Positions 1 to 7,170 of a DNA stretch of 32,979 nt are shown piece by piece. Within the stretch, counting starts at the first letter, position 1, and the number at the start of each line of letters is the position of its first letter. The stretch spans positions 1-32,979 of IMG/VR virus record IMGVR_UViG_3300009678_000372; one strand, given 5' to 3'. Both the position numbers and the translations under genes were made by a program. The notes beneath the pieces are model-generated. The model was not told where the DNA came from and did no database searches. It saw only the letters and a program-made list of their open reading frames with translations. Source of the stretch: a virus (taxonomy: Duplodnaviria; Caudoviricetes).

Positions 1-618
1 ATCATTGCAGCCATGCAGAAGATGCGTCACCTCGTCGCACTCGCCAAGATCCCTACGACTCTTGAATACGTCGATGAGTTCGTCGAGGACACTGACAGAA
101 AGTTGGTAGTATTCGCGCATCACAAGGACGTGCAAGCGATTCTATTCGAGGAGCTGAAGAAAAAGTATGGCTCCGAGATGCCGGTCCTACAGATCGTAGC
201 CGAGATGAACGCATACGCACGCAACACGGCAGCAGATCAGTTCAATGCTGCTCCTCGTGCTCTCATGGTAGCTAGTCAGCAAGCTGCTGGAGAGGGACTG
301 AATCTGCAAACGTGTAGCGACTGCGTAATGCACGAGAGACAGTGGAATCCCGGTCGTGAGGAACAGTGTGAAGGACGTTTCATCCGTATCGGTCAGACTG
401 CTAAGTCAGTGTCTGCCGTATATGCTCACCTCGAAGGACTGACAACGATAGATCCACAGATAGATGTTATCGTCGAGAACAAGCGCATTCGGTTCCACGA
501 CGCCATGAATAAGACTGAGATGGCTCGATGGAATGAAGATGCTATGATGAAGGATCTTGCATCTGCCATTGTAGCCGCACACAATGCCAAGAAGAACCGA
601 AAGGTATTGGCTAGCTAA
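1..618 (+). CDS. SNF2-family (HARP/SMARCAL1-like) helicase, C-terminal domain, 5'-truncated by the window edge
   Basis: Frame is open from base 1. Helicase-C motifs: KLVVFAHH, AAGEGLNLQ, WNPGREEQCEGRFIRIGQ. Confidence 0.9.
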   Translation: MIAAMQKMRHLVALAKIPTTLEYVDEFVEDTDRKLVVFAHHKDVQAILFEELKKKYGSEMPVLQIVAEMNAYARNTAADQFNAAPRALMVASQQAAGEGLNLQTCSDCVMHERQWNPGREEQCEGRFIRIGQTAKSVSAVYAHLEGLTTIDPQIDVIVENKRIRFHDAMNKTEMARWNEDAMMKDLASAIVAAHNAKKNRKVLAS

Positions 619-620
619 CT

Positions 621-758
621 ATGAGGATCACTATCTACTGCGACCGTGGACGTAGGCACGTAGCCGATATTACGTCGGATAGCGCGTGGACCTGCATGTA
701 TCTGGCACAGCGGTTTATCACCGCTAACTACACATGGAAGGTGAGTGTATGGAACTAA
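621..758 (+). CDS. Small hypothetical protein (45 aa, MRITIYCDRG...)
   Basis: Read by hand. ATG lies 2 nt after the helicase stop and the ORF fills the gap to the next gene. Confidence 0.55.
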   Translation: MRITIYCDRGRRHVADITSDSAWTCMYLAQRFITANYTWKVSVWN

Positions 759-982
759 TCAAGTCGAATCCACCAGCAGAGATATCTACACTGGGGAGAG
801 ATCCCCAGTGTATGGTATGCGATCGTCCAATCGTGGATGGTGATGTTGCCATCCAGCTTATCAGTGGTAAGGTAACGTGGGACGATTGCTGTGAAGTTCA
901 CAAGGAACTAGTCATCAACTTCCAGGAGAATGAGCACGAGACATACTTCGTAGCTCACACGCGCTGCTACCAGAGGAGCTAA
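749..982 (+). CDS. Small Cys/His-rich hypothetical protein
   Basis: CMVC...HTRC possible metal site. ATG 749 follows GGAAGGTGAG (the ORF track starts at 734). Confidence 0.65.
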   Translation: MELIKSNPPAEISTLGRDPQCMVCDRPIVDGDVAIQLISGKVTWDDCCEVHKELVINFQENEHETYFVAHTRCYQRS

Positions 983-1137
983 TGACTTACACTATCACCC
1001 CTGCTAGGGACGGAGAAAAGTGTCATGATTGTGGTGAGCCTGCTACCGTAACATTGGTAGCAGATTCATCCAACGACGGCAACACGGATGAAGTATCATT
1101 CTGCGAAGTGTGCGCAGAGAAGCGGAGGATCAGCTAA
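982..1137 (+). CDS. Small zinc-finger protein (51 aa)
   Basis: Read by hand: CHDC...CEVC. GAGGAG RBS and TAATG overlaps at both ends. Confidence 0.75.
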   Translation: MTYTITPARDGEKCHDCGEPATVTLVADSSNDGNTDEVSFCEVCAEKRRIS

Positions 1138-1391
1138 TGAGTGAATGGAAGATCGAGTTTATGCGTATCCCATCGGAGCCTCGCGGTTATACCGTATGGC
1201 TCACATGGGGACGTAGCGGATTCATGGTAGGCACTGTTCGTCCGTATGGCACGGAACGACGCTGGATTGCATCATTCGATGATGGTCGTGGACCTAACAC
1301 GCGCACTGGTGACAAGCTAATCTGCGCATCACGTCAAGCAGCCGCAGAGTGGCTCGTGGAAGTATCTAACACACAGCTTACACAGCGATAG
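1137..1391 (+). CDS. Hypothetical protein (MSEWKIEF...)
   Basis: TAATG coupling at 1135-1139 with GGAGG upstream. Confidence 0.75.
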   Translation: MSEWKIEFMRIPSEPRGYTVWLTWGRSGFMVGTVRPYGTERRWIASFDDGRGPNTRTGDKLICASRQAAAEWLVEVSNTQLTQR

Positions 1392-1395
1392 GACT

Positions 1396-1430
1396 AAGGG
1401 ACTGATACAGAAATGTATCAGTCCTTTATT
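1396..1430 (+). terminator. Stem-loop, probable intrinsic terminator or part of a structured RNA
   Basis: AAGGGACTGATACA-GAAA-TGTATCAGTCCTTT (14 bp, one G-U) just after a stop codon, followed by T-rich sequence. Confidence 0.65.
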
Positions 1431-1527
1431 CGTGTTTCTGTGTTCGTCTAGCCTGTGCGCAGGGAGGATGTTATGGGAGACTAGACAAAAGGTTGGCAAC
1501 CACATAGCCAGAGGTATTTCGTATTCA

Positions 1528-1556
1528 TGGAGTCCACCTTGAGAAAGTGGACTCCA
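1528..1556 (+). promoter_or_regulatory. GNRA-capped hairpin upstream of a strong RBS
   Basis: TGGAGTCCAC(C)TT-GAGA-AAGTGGACTCCA, then AAGGAG and ATG 1578. Confidence 0.55.
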
Positions 1557-1577
1557 AACTAACAAGGAGAATGTAAA

Positions 1578-1739
1578 ATGACTATCGTGAAATGGCTCAT
1601 GTCCACTGGCGTCTGCACTACTGCTGAACTCCTCGCACTCAAACGTGAGAATCCCGCCGACTACGTGAGGTTGGCTGAGATGGCGATGGAGGAAATGAAA
1701 GCGAAGAACATTCCCATCGAAGAATCGGTGCAGAAGTAA
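1578..1739 (+). CDS. Small hypothetical protein (53 aa, MTIVKWLMSTG...)
   Basis: Read by hand. Strong AAGGAG RBS and TAATG overlap with the next ORF. Confidence 0.8.
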   Translation: MTIVKWLMSTGVCTTAELLALKRENPADYVRLAEMAMEEMKAKNIPIEESVQK

Positions 1740-1801
1740 TGTCAGTGTTGGGATTCATTCTGTTCGCATTAGTGACTCTATTAATAATGGAGAATAACTA
1801 A
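1739..1801 (+). CDS. 20-aa hydrophobic membrane peptide (MSVLGFILFALVTLLIMENN)
   Basis: Coupled by TAATG at both ends; one hydrophobic stretch. Confidence 0.55.
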   Translation: MSVLGFILFALVTLLIMENN

Positions 1802-2064
1802 TGGGCGTAAGAATACTTCACGGACAGTGTTCTGCCGTGTTGTATTGTAGCACCACTGACTGGGCTTTCGGTCCAGTCTTTGGTGATACAGATACACATG
1901 ATGCAGAGGAACGTGCAGAACTATTCTGTGACTGGCTACATGAGAACTATCATGTTGATCCACGCGCACTCGAAGATTCAGCACTCGAATCAAAATACGT
2001 CGAGTTCTGTAGACTCGAAGATGAACTGTGGAAGAAGAAGGAAGAATTGGAGGACGTAGGATAA
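1801..2064 (+). CDS. Hypothetical protein
   Basis: 87-aa ORF with GGAG RBS and TAATG coupling. Confidence 0.75.
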   Translation: MGVRILHGQCSAVLYCSTTDWAFGPVFGDTDTHDAEERAELFCDWLHENYHVDPRALEDSALESKYVEFCRLEDELWKKKEELEDVG

Positions 2065-2261
2065 TGCCAGCTTACTATGACGACAACTTCGGATTCTGGG
2101 AAGATATGGATGATCCTGACAATCAGGAACACTATCGTCGCACTCAGAAAACTAACGTCCTGAAGAAGTGTAAGGGTTGTGGGCGTAAGGTGAGGATTCA
2201 GCCTGACTACGCATACTGCAACGGATGTGCAACCAAGATTGAACGGGGGATGGATATCTAA
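2064..2261 (+). CDS. Zinc-ribbon protein (MPAYYDDNFG...)
   Basis: CKGCG...YCNGC. Starts at a TAATG overlap with GGAGG upstream. Confidence 0.78.
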   Translation: MPAYYDDNFGFWEDMDDPDNQEHYRRTQKTNVLKKCKGCGRKVRIQPDYAYCNGCATKIERGMDI

Positions 2262-2262
2262 C

Positions 2263-2487
2263 ATGCCTAACCACTTCCATATTGATGTCGTAGTCACTCA
2301 AGAGGAAGTGGAGATCATCAAGGCAGAGTTTGAGGAATATGTAGAGGAAGCTGGTGGATTCTCTATCCATGTCATGTCAGATGATGAGGAAGTGATTCCA
2401 TCAGCCCAACTACAGGCTGTCCTAAGTAAAATGTATCTCCACTTGCTAGCAACTATCGCATACGGTAAATTTCAAGGAGTCCATTAA
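2263..2487 (+). CDS. Acidic hypothetical protein (MPNHFHID...)
   Basis: ATG 1 nt after the previous stop; in frame with track ORF 2227..2487. Confidence 0.7.
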   Translation: MPNHFHIDVVVTQEEVEIIKAEFEEYVEEAGGFSIHVMSDDEEVIPSAQLQAVLSKMYLHLLATIAYGKFQGVH

Positions 2488-2492
2488 TTCCT

Positions 2493-2708
2493 ATGACTAA
2501 AACGAGAATTATTGCGCCAAGACTATTCAACGGTGATCCAAGAGAACAGATCGGACACGGACTTCCACCTGCTATCAAACAGGGACTACGACGTATCGCA
2601 GGGCAGGAGAATAAGTCAGTATCATGGGTTCTGGAGGAGATCATCATTGATTACTTCGGTTTTAGAAGGCCACGATACAAGATCAGAAAGAAGAATGGAA
2701 AGGTATGA
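2493..2708 (+). CDS. Ribbon-helix-helix (Arc/CopG-like) DNA-binding protein
   Basis: LPPAIKQGLRRIAGQENKSVSWVLEEII matches the RHH helix A-turn-helix B pattern. AAGGAG RBS. Confidence 0.7.
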   Translation: MTKTRIIAPRLFNGDPREQIGHGLPPAIKQGLRRIAGQENKSVSWVLEEIIIDYFGFRRPRYKIRKKNGKV

Positions 2709-2773
2709 CTAATATTAAATACTGTCCAAAGTGCAAGCGCGAGATTTGGCCTCACAGAAGGTGTATCTGTTGA
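2705..2773 (+). CDS. 22-aa Cys-rich micro-ORF (MTNIKYCPKCKREIWPHRRCIC)
   Basis: ATGA overlap upstream and TTGA overlap downstream; GGAAAGG RBS; four Cys. Confidence 0.55.
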   Translation: MTNIKYCPKCKREIWPHRRCIC

Positions 2774-3720
2774 CTGACATACTGGTTCCGAAGAAGAACA
2801 TCATCATGGATGCGACGACTCTATCAAGTCTAATGTCGTGCGCACGTTACCATGATATCAGGTTCAACCATCGGCTCGTATCCATGAGTGGTAAGTCTAA
2901 TTCTCTTGAGGTAGGCTCACTCATTCATAAGGTGCTAGAGGTATTCTACAAGCATCAGATTGATGGCTTTCCTCGTTCTACATCCATAGGGAACGCACTC
3001 ATTGCGGGTCAGCTATACATCACTGGCTGTCCATTCTGTGCGGATGGAACTAACAACACGCCTGCATGTAAGCATGAACCGGCAGAGTATCCGGGTGTAA
3101 CCAATACGCCTGAGAATAACGAACGGTTCATTGTAGGTTGGAAATTCGCACTCGATACGTGCGAACAATACTTCGAGTTCTACAAGAATGATTCCTTCAT
3201 TCCACTAGCCGCCGAGATAGTGAAGGGTGAAGTGATCTACGAGGATGATGAGATCCGCGTATTGTGGAAAGCCAAGTTCGATTTGATTATAGATACGAAC
3301 CAAATCGGTATCATATCTATGGATCACAAGACGTTCAAGCAGAGGAGAGACAAGTCTACTCTATCGAATCAGTTCTTGGGTCATGCAGTTCTGCTGAAGT
3401 CACAGAACGTGATGGTGAATAAGATAGGACTACAGACTACACTGAAGATAGCGGAACGACTGAGCAGAGAGCCTGTGTCTCTATCGAATGATCGCATACT
3501 TGAGTGGCAGGGTGAGATCGTTCCTTACTACGCATACAAGTATGTGCAGTTCACTGAGTCAGGTTACTGGCCTCCAGACTACACGCACTGTGACAACATG
3601 TTCGGTCCCTGTCCATACAAGAGAGTGTGCGAAGCTGACAGAGGAATGCGTGAAGAAGTCCTGAGACTTGAATTTCAGAAGGCTCCTGTATGGGATCCAC
3701 GGAATAAGGAGGATGTATGA
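2770..3720 (+). CDS. PD-(D/E)XK nuclease, Cas4/AddB/RecB-like, with probable Fe-S cysteines
   Basis: SCARY, GSLIHKVLE, KFDLIID, MDHKT, and C-terminal HCDNMFGPCPYKRVC. Likely TTG start at 2770 after AGAAGGTG (track start 2731). Confidence 0.88.
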   Translation: MTDILVPKKNIIMDATTLSSLMSCARYHDIRFNHRLVSMSGKSNSLEVGSLIHKVLEVFYKHQIDGFPRSTSIGNALIAGQLYITGCPFCADGTNNTPACKHEPAEYPGVTNTPENNERFIVGWKFALDTCEQYFEFYKNDSFIPLAAEIVKGEVIYEDDEIRVLWKAKFDLIIDTNQIGIISMDHKTFKQRRDKSTLSNQFLGHAVLLKSQNVMVNKIGLQTTLKIAERLSREPVSLSNDRILEWQGEIVPYYAYKYVQFTESGYWPPDYTHCDNMFGPCPYKRVCEADRGMREEVLRLEFQKAPVWDPRNKEDV

Positions 3721-3800
3721 GTGAAATATCATTCTATATCTTCATGATAGGATTTGGTTTAGGTTTCATATTCTGTTACGTTTGGAAGGAGGACTCATAA
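3717..3800 (+). CDS. 27-aa membrane peptide (MSEISFYIFMIGFGLGFIFCYVWKEDS)
   Basis: AAGGAGG RBS, ATGA and TAATG overlaps, one TM-like segment. Confidence 0.65.
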   Translation: MSEISFYIFMIGFGLGFIFCYVWKEDS

Positions 3801-3943
3801 TGCCTGTCTTTCTGAGAGATAAGATATGTGAATGCGTAATCAAGAATCGTGAAGAAGATGAGGACATGCGCGAGTGGCTCAAACGCTGCATGTGTATGTT
3901 CCACTGGATGCAAACGGATTACTATCAGTCGAAGGTTAAGTGA
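3800..3943 (+). CDS. Small Cys-rich hypothetical protein (47 aa)
   Basis: AAGGAGG RBS; CEC...CMCMFH; GTGA overlap with the next gene. Confidence 0.65.
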   Translation: MPVFLRDKICECVIKNREEDEDMREWLKRCMCMFHWMQTDYYQSKVK

Positions 3944-4245
3944 CTAAGAGAAGTGAGAGGCAGGAAGGATATTGTTCACAATGCAGAGAGTGGACATATG
4001 TATCTCCATGTCCTAAGTGTGGATTGCCTGTCATGCCTACGACTATCGAGAAACGTCTGATGGACAGAGCTAAGAAACTCGATGAGGATATGCTCAGACA
4101 GTTTGTCAAGATCCGTCATGACGTTCATGCCCCATCAAGGTCATTCATCGGAGAGATTTACATGGCATTGGTGGATTCCTATAACCTCGGTATTAAGATG
4201 AAAGGAGAATTGCGTAAGAAGGTAGTAGGGGTAGTGAGTAAGTAA
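3940..4245 (+). CDS. Zinc-finger hypothetical protein
   Basis: CSQC...CPKCG N-terminus; GTG start overlapping the upstream stop. Confidence 0.75.
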   Translation: MTKRSERQEGYCSQCREWTYVSPCPKCGLPVMPTTIEKRLMDRAKKLDEDMLRQFVKIRHDVHAPSRSFIGEIYMALVDSYNLGIKMKGELRKKVVGVVSK

Positions 4246-4264
4246 CTGCGGGTAGGAGGAGTCG

Positions 4265-4999
4265 ATGAAAAAGTATCTCGTGTTAGGTGTGATGGCGTTT
4301 GCATTGTCAGTGGTTCCTGCAAAGGCTGCATTGATGCTGGCAGGGACTATTGGTGGTGTGAACTTCTGTGCTACGGATAATAACGTAGCGTGTGGATTTG
4401 GTGTGCAGTTGTTCGATGTGAACTTGAATGCGAACATTCTGTCACTTGATCCTGCTAACATCGGTGGACTGGATATACAGGGTAGTCTGTATACTCAGAC
4501 CATCGGTACGCACAATGTTCTGAACAGCGGATCATTGCTGATCGAGAACAATACTGCTGCTACTATCAATGGTCAGCTTGCAGTAGGAGGCACGGGCTTT
4601 GTTGGGCCAATCACTGAAGCTAACATCAGTGGTAGTGGAACATGGGAGGATGCACTTGGATCTACAATCACCATGAGGTGGTTTAATGATCCTAATAACG
4701 TGCAGGGTGGATTGGCTCCGGGTATTGTGCAGCCGGGTATTCTACTCTCTACATTCGGAGATGTAGCAGGTGCAGGGACAGACTCATTCAGTCATACATT
4801 GAATGGGATTCCTGTCATTGATCCTGCACTCTTTTCTATGAGTCTGCAATTCGATCTGTCTCTAGTTGCCAATGGAAACTTGGTAAGTAGAGGACAGACG
4901 ATTACGAAGGATCAGGTAGTTCCTGAGCCTGCATCACTCGCACTCATGGGTATCGGCCTATTCGGAACAGCCATGAGACTTCGTCGTCGCATCGTGTAA
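4265..4999 (+). CDS. PEP-CTERM sorting-domain secreted/surface protein
   Basis: Sec signal MKKYLVLGVMAFALSVVPAKA. C-terminal VPEPASLALMGIGLFGTAMRLRRRIV (PEP, TM helix, Arg cluster). AGGAGG RBS. Confidence 0.95.
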   Translation: MKKYLVLGVMAFALSVVPAKAALMLAGTIGGVNFCATDNNVACGFGVQLFDVNLNANILSLDPANIGGLDIQGSLYTQTIGTHNVLNSGSLLIENNTAATINGQLAVGGTGFVGPITEANISGSGTWEDALGSTITMRWFNDPNNVQGGLAPGIVQPGILLSTFGDVAGAGTDSFSHTLNGIPVIDPALFSMSLQFDLSLVANGNLVSRGQTITKDQVVPEPASLALMGIGLFGTAMRLRRRIV

Positions 5000-5004
5000 T
5001 AAAC

Positions 5005-5034
5005 TGGGGGGAGTCAGTACAATGATTCCCCCCA
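5005..5034 (+). terminator. Hairpin after the PEP-CTERM gene
   Basis: TGGGGGGAGTCA-GTACAA-TGATTCCCCCCA, then TCTT (weak U tract). Confidence 0.55.
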
Positions 5035-5082
5035 TCTTCAATGAGATATTACATCCTGTATGTAATATGTCATGGAGGATAC

Positions 5083-5274
5083 ATGATTAAAGTAGACTAC
5101 TGCCCTAACTGCAATGAGAACACGCTACACCGAGTAATAGAGGACGATGAAATCTTTGAATACGCCATGCAATGTTTGATCTGTGATGTAGTATTCCAGT
5201 GTAACCCTCCTACTAAGGAGCCAGTTCAACTGAAGTTTGATTTCGAGGTGGATATCAATGCCAAGCATGAGTGA
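5083..5274 (+). CDS. Zinc-ribbon protein (MIKVDYCPNC...CLIC)
   Basis: GGAGG RBS before ATG 5083; two CxxC motifs. Confidence 0.75.
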   Translation: MIKVDYCPNCNENTLHRVIEDDEIFEYAMQCLICDVVFQCNPPTKEPVQLKFDFEVDINAKHE

Positions 5275-6064
5275 CAGTAACTTCGATTCACTTTATGTAC
5301 TGATGAAGGGGGAACCGGGCCTACGTAAGTCTACACAGGCTCTATCATTTCCCGGTCCTCAGTATTGGTTCTCGTGGGATCGTAAGATGAATAGTATCTA
5401 TCTACCCATGAAGAAGTGGGGGATAGATCCCAAACTCATCGAGTATGATGACTACGAAGATTGGAACAAACCGAAGAAGAAGTTAGAACAGCTACAGACT
5501 AGCTGCCCATACAAGACATTGGTGTTTGACAGTATCACGTCAATGGCTGACATGACTCTACGTCAAACTACTAAGTTGAAGTATGGTGTGACGAGACAGA
5601 GTGGACAAGCAGCAGGTAAGCTGATAGCAGGTATCGCAGTTAATGAGATAGAGGACTACAATGCAGAGTCCGCTGCTATCAATGAACTCATCGCACTCAC
5701 TAAGGACATTCAGTCGTATCACAAGGTCAACGTCATTCTCATCGCACACGTCGTTCAAGCGGAATATCGCAGTACGACGAACAACACAACACATATCTCT
5801 CGGCAGATAGTAACAGCCGGGAAAAAAGTAGCAGCAAAGCTCCCCGCGTATTGTGGTGAAGTATATCACTTCAACCTTAAACGGGATCTTGCTGGAGGAG
5901 GTGCATACACAGTATTGACAGAGCATACAGGGGACGATTTCGCTAGGTCTGCATTAGGACTGGACAAGGAAATCGTATTTGGTGATAAACCCCTGTATGA
6001 CACATGGATCAAGCCAGCTATCACCAAACTACAACAGTCCTACACACCAGTAACAAAGTTCTAA
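5258..6064 (+). CDS. AAA_24/Sak4-like P-loop ATPase (probable single-strand annealing recombinase)
   Basis: Walker A variant GEPGLRKST, Walker B TLVFDSIT, NVILIAH. Lies between an exonuclease and an SSB-like gene. Confidence 0.8.
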   Translation: MPSMSDSNFDSLYVLMKGEPGLRKSTQALSFPGPQYWFSWDRKMNSIYLPMKKWGIDPKLIEYDDYEDWNKPKKKLEQLQTSCPYKTLVFDSITSMADMTLRQTTKLKYGVTRQSGQAAGKLIAGIAVNEIEDYNAESAAINELIALTKDIQSYHKVNVILIAHVVQAEYRSTTNNTTHISRQIVTAGKKVAAKLPAYCGEVYHFNLKRDLAGGGAYTVLTEHTGDDFARSALGLDKEIVFGDKPLYDTWIKPAITKLQQSYTPVTKF

Positions 6065-6091
6065 CAACAACCTGAAAGAGAGACAAAAACA

Positions 6092-6484
6092 ATGAGTCCA
6101 ATGATTGAATTCTCCGAACGTGACATGAACCGTGGGAAAGTTATTGATCCCGCGTGGTATCTTGTCAAGATCGAGAACATCGGTGAAGCACCGTCGAAAG
6201 ATGGTGGCAGCACCAACTATCCCGTGGAAGGTGTCATCATCAAGAACGCTGACAATGGTGATGAGAAGTTCGCAGGCACCATCATCGAATGGAATTTCAA
6301 TAGCAAGGCAATCGGCTTTGCTGTTGGTTTCCTGAACGCACTTGGCGTAGACGTGAAGGCAGGTGCGCGCTTCGATCTGGCGAATGCCATCGGACACAAC
6401 GTCGAAGTATTCATCGAGAACGGTGAATGGCAGGGACGTATCGTCAACCGTGTGAATCACAAGTATCGCACGGTTCGTTCGTAG
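6092..6484 (+). CDS. DUF669-like ssDNA-binding (OB-fold) protein
   Basis: IDPAWYLVKIENI...SKDGG...GEWQGRIVNRV pattern; directly after the Sak4-like ATPase. Confidence 0.68.
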   Translation: MSPMIEFSERDMNRGKVIDPAWYLVKIENIGEAPSKDGGSTNYPVEGVIIKNADNGDEKFAGTIIEWNFNSKAIGFAVGFLNALGVDVKAGARFDLANAIGHNVEVFIENGEWQGRIVNRVNHKYRTVRS

Positions 6485-6498
6485 TCGTAGTCTGTAAC

Positions 6499-6537
6499 AC
6501 AGAGAGGATAGGGGCCATACTATCCTCTCTGTTCTTT
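6499..6537 (+). terminator. Probable intrinsic terminator
   Basis: ACAGAGAGGATAG-8 nt-CTATCCTCTCTGT, a perfect 13-bp stem followed by TCTTT. Confidence 0.7.
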
Positions 6538-6561
6538 AGATGGCCCAAACTGAGGAATGTA

Positions 6562-6780
6562 ATGGAATACTATCTGAATGAGAGTGACGAGAAGCCTGTG
6601 GAAGATGTAGATGAAGAAGAAGTCCTCGAAGAAGATCTGGAAGATAATGACAAGGACGAGGACGACGACGAGGATGATCGTAGTGCAGATGATGCGGATG
6701 ATTGGGAAGATGATGATGACGACGCATCAGATGACGACGACACGGAACTCGAAGATGATGATGAGGAAACCACTGAATAG
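6562..6780 (+). CDS. Hyper-acidic 72-aa protein
   Basis: GAGGA RBS before ATG 6562; about 46 of 72 residues are D/E by hand count. Confidence 0.75.
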   Translation: MEYYLNESDEKPVEDVDEEEVLEEDLEDNDKDEDDDEDDRSADDADDWEDDDDDASDDDDTELEDDDEETTE

Positions 6781-6879
6781 ATTCATGTGCTAGAGACTTG
6801 GCCCTCTAGTGAATTGAACTATTCGGTGATAGGGGACACGCTCAACACTACTGCCACAGTAGATTACGAGCGTGTCCCC
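6781..6879 (+). promoter_or_regulatory. Structured leader upstream of the cold-shock-domain gene
   Basis: CTAGAG/CTCTAG hairpin, plus a perfect 12-bp GGGGACACGCTC/GAGCGTGTCCCC stem enclosing CTACTG/CAGTAG. Confidence 0.5.
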
Positions 6880-6888
6880 GACTGGAGA

Positions 6889-7170
6889 ATGGAAGTGAAT
6901 GATACCAAATTAGTAGGAAGAATTATCAAGATAAGTAGACAGGGATGGGGATTCATCTCATCCAGAGAGATTGAATTTACTCGTATCTTCTTTCACTGGA
7001 CCGCACTCAGACAAGACACTACTCCATTCCTTCAACTCAGGAATGGAATGATGGTAGAGTTCACGCCTATTCAGATTCCTGATAAGGGTTGGCGTGCTAT
7101 GCATGTGCGTGTCCTTGAAAGAGAGGAGAAGAATAATGAGGGAAGTCAAGTGTCCCCATTGTCAGAATGA
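6889..7170 (+). CDS. Cold-shock domain protein
   Basis: GRIIKI..QGWGFI (RNP1), IFFHWTAL (RNP2), L.NGMMVEF...KGWRA..V. GGAG RBS before ATG 6889. Confidence 0.88.
   Translation: MEVNDTKLVGRIIKISRQGWGFISSREIEFTRIFFHWTALRQDTTPFLQLRNGMMVEFTPIQIPDKGWRAMHVRVLEREEKNNEGSQVSPLSE

Noticed and set aside
1571-1576. ATG-TAA start-stop element after AAGGAG
   Set aside because: It is too close to the SD; the spacing fits ATG 1578 instead.
1392-1577. Possible tRNA or sigma70 promoter in the intergenic gap
   Set aside because: No cloverleaf or T-loop consensus; TAGACA at 1482 lacks a credible -10 at 17 bp.
2770-3720. Cas4-like gene as evidence of a CRISPR-Cas locus
   Set aside because: No repeat-spacer array or other cas genes were seen; the context is a phage recombination module.
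6482-6562. Stop read-through fusing the SSB to the acidic peptide
   Set aside because: A second in-frame TAG follows at once, the frames differ, and a terminator-like hairpin intervenes.
6570-6773. Poly-serine ORF on the - strand, plus overlapping Met/Thr-rich and His-rich ORFs
   Set aside because: These are shadow frames of the GAT/GAC/GAA-rich acidic gene; only the + frame at 6562 has an RBS and fits the operon direction.
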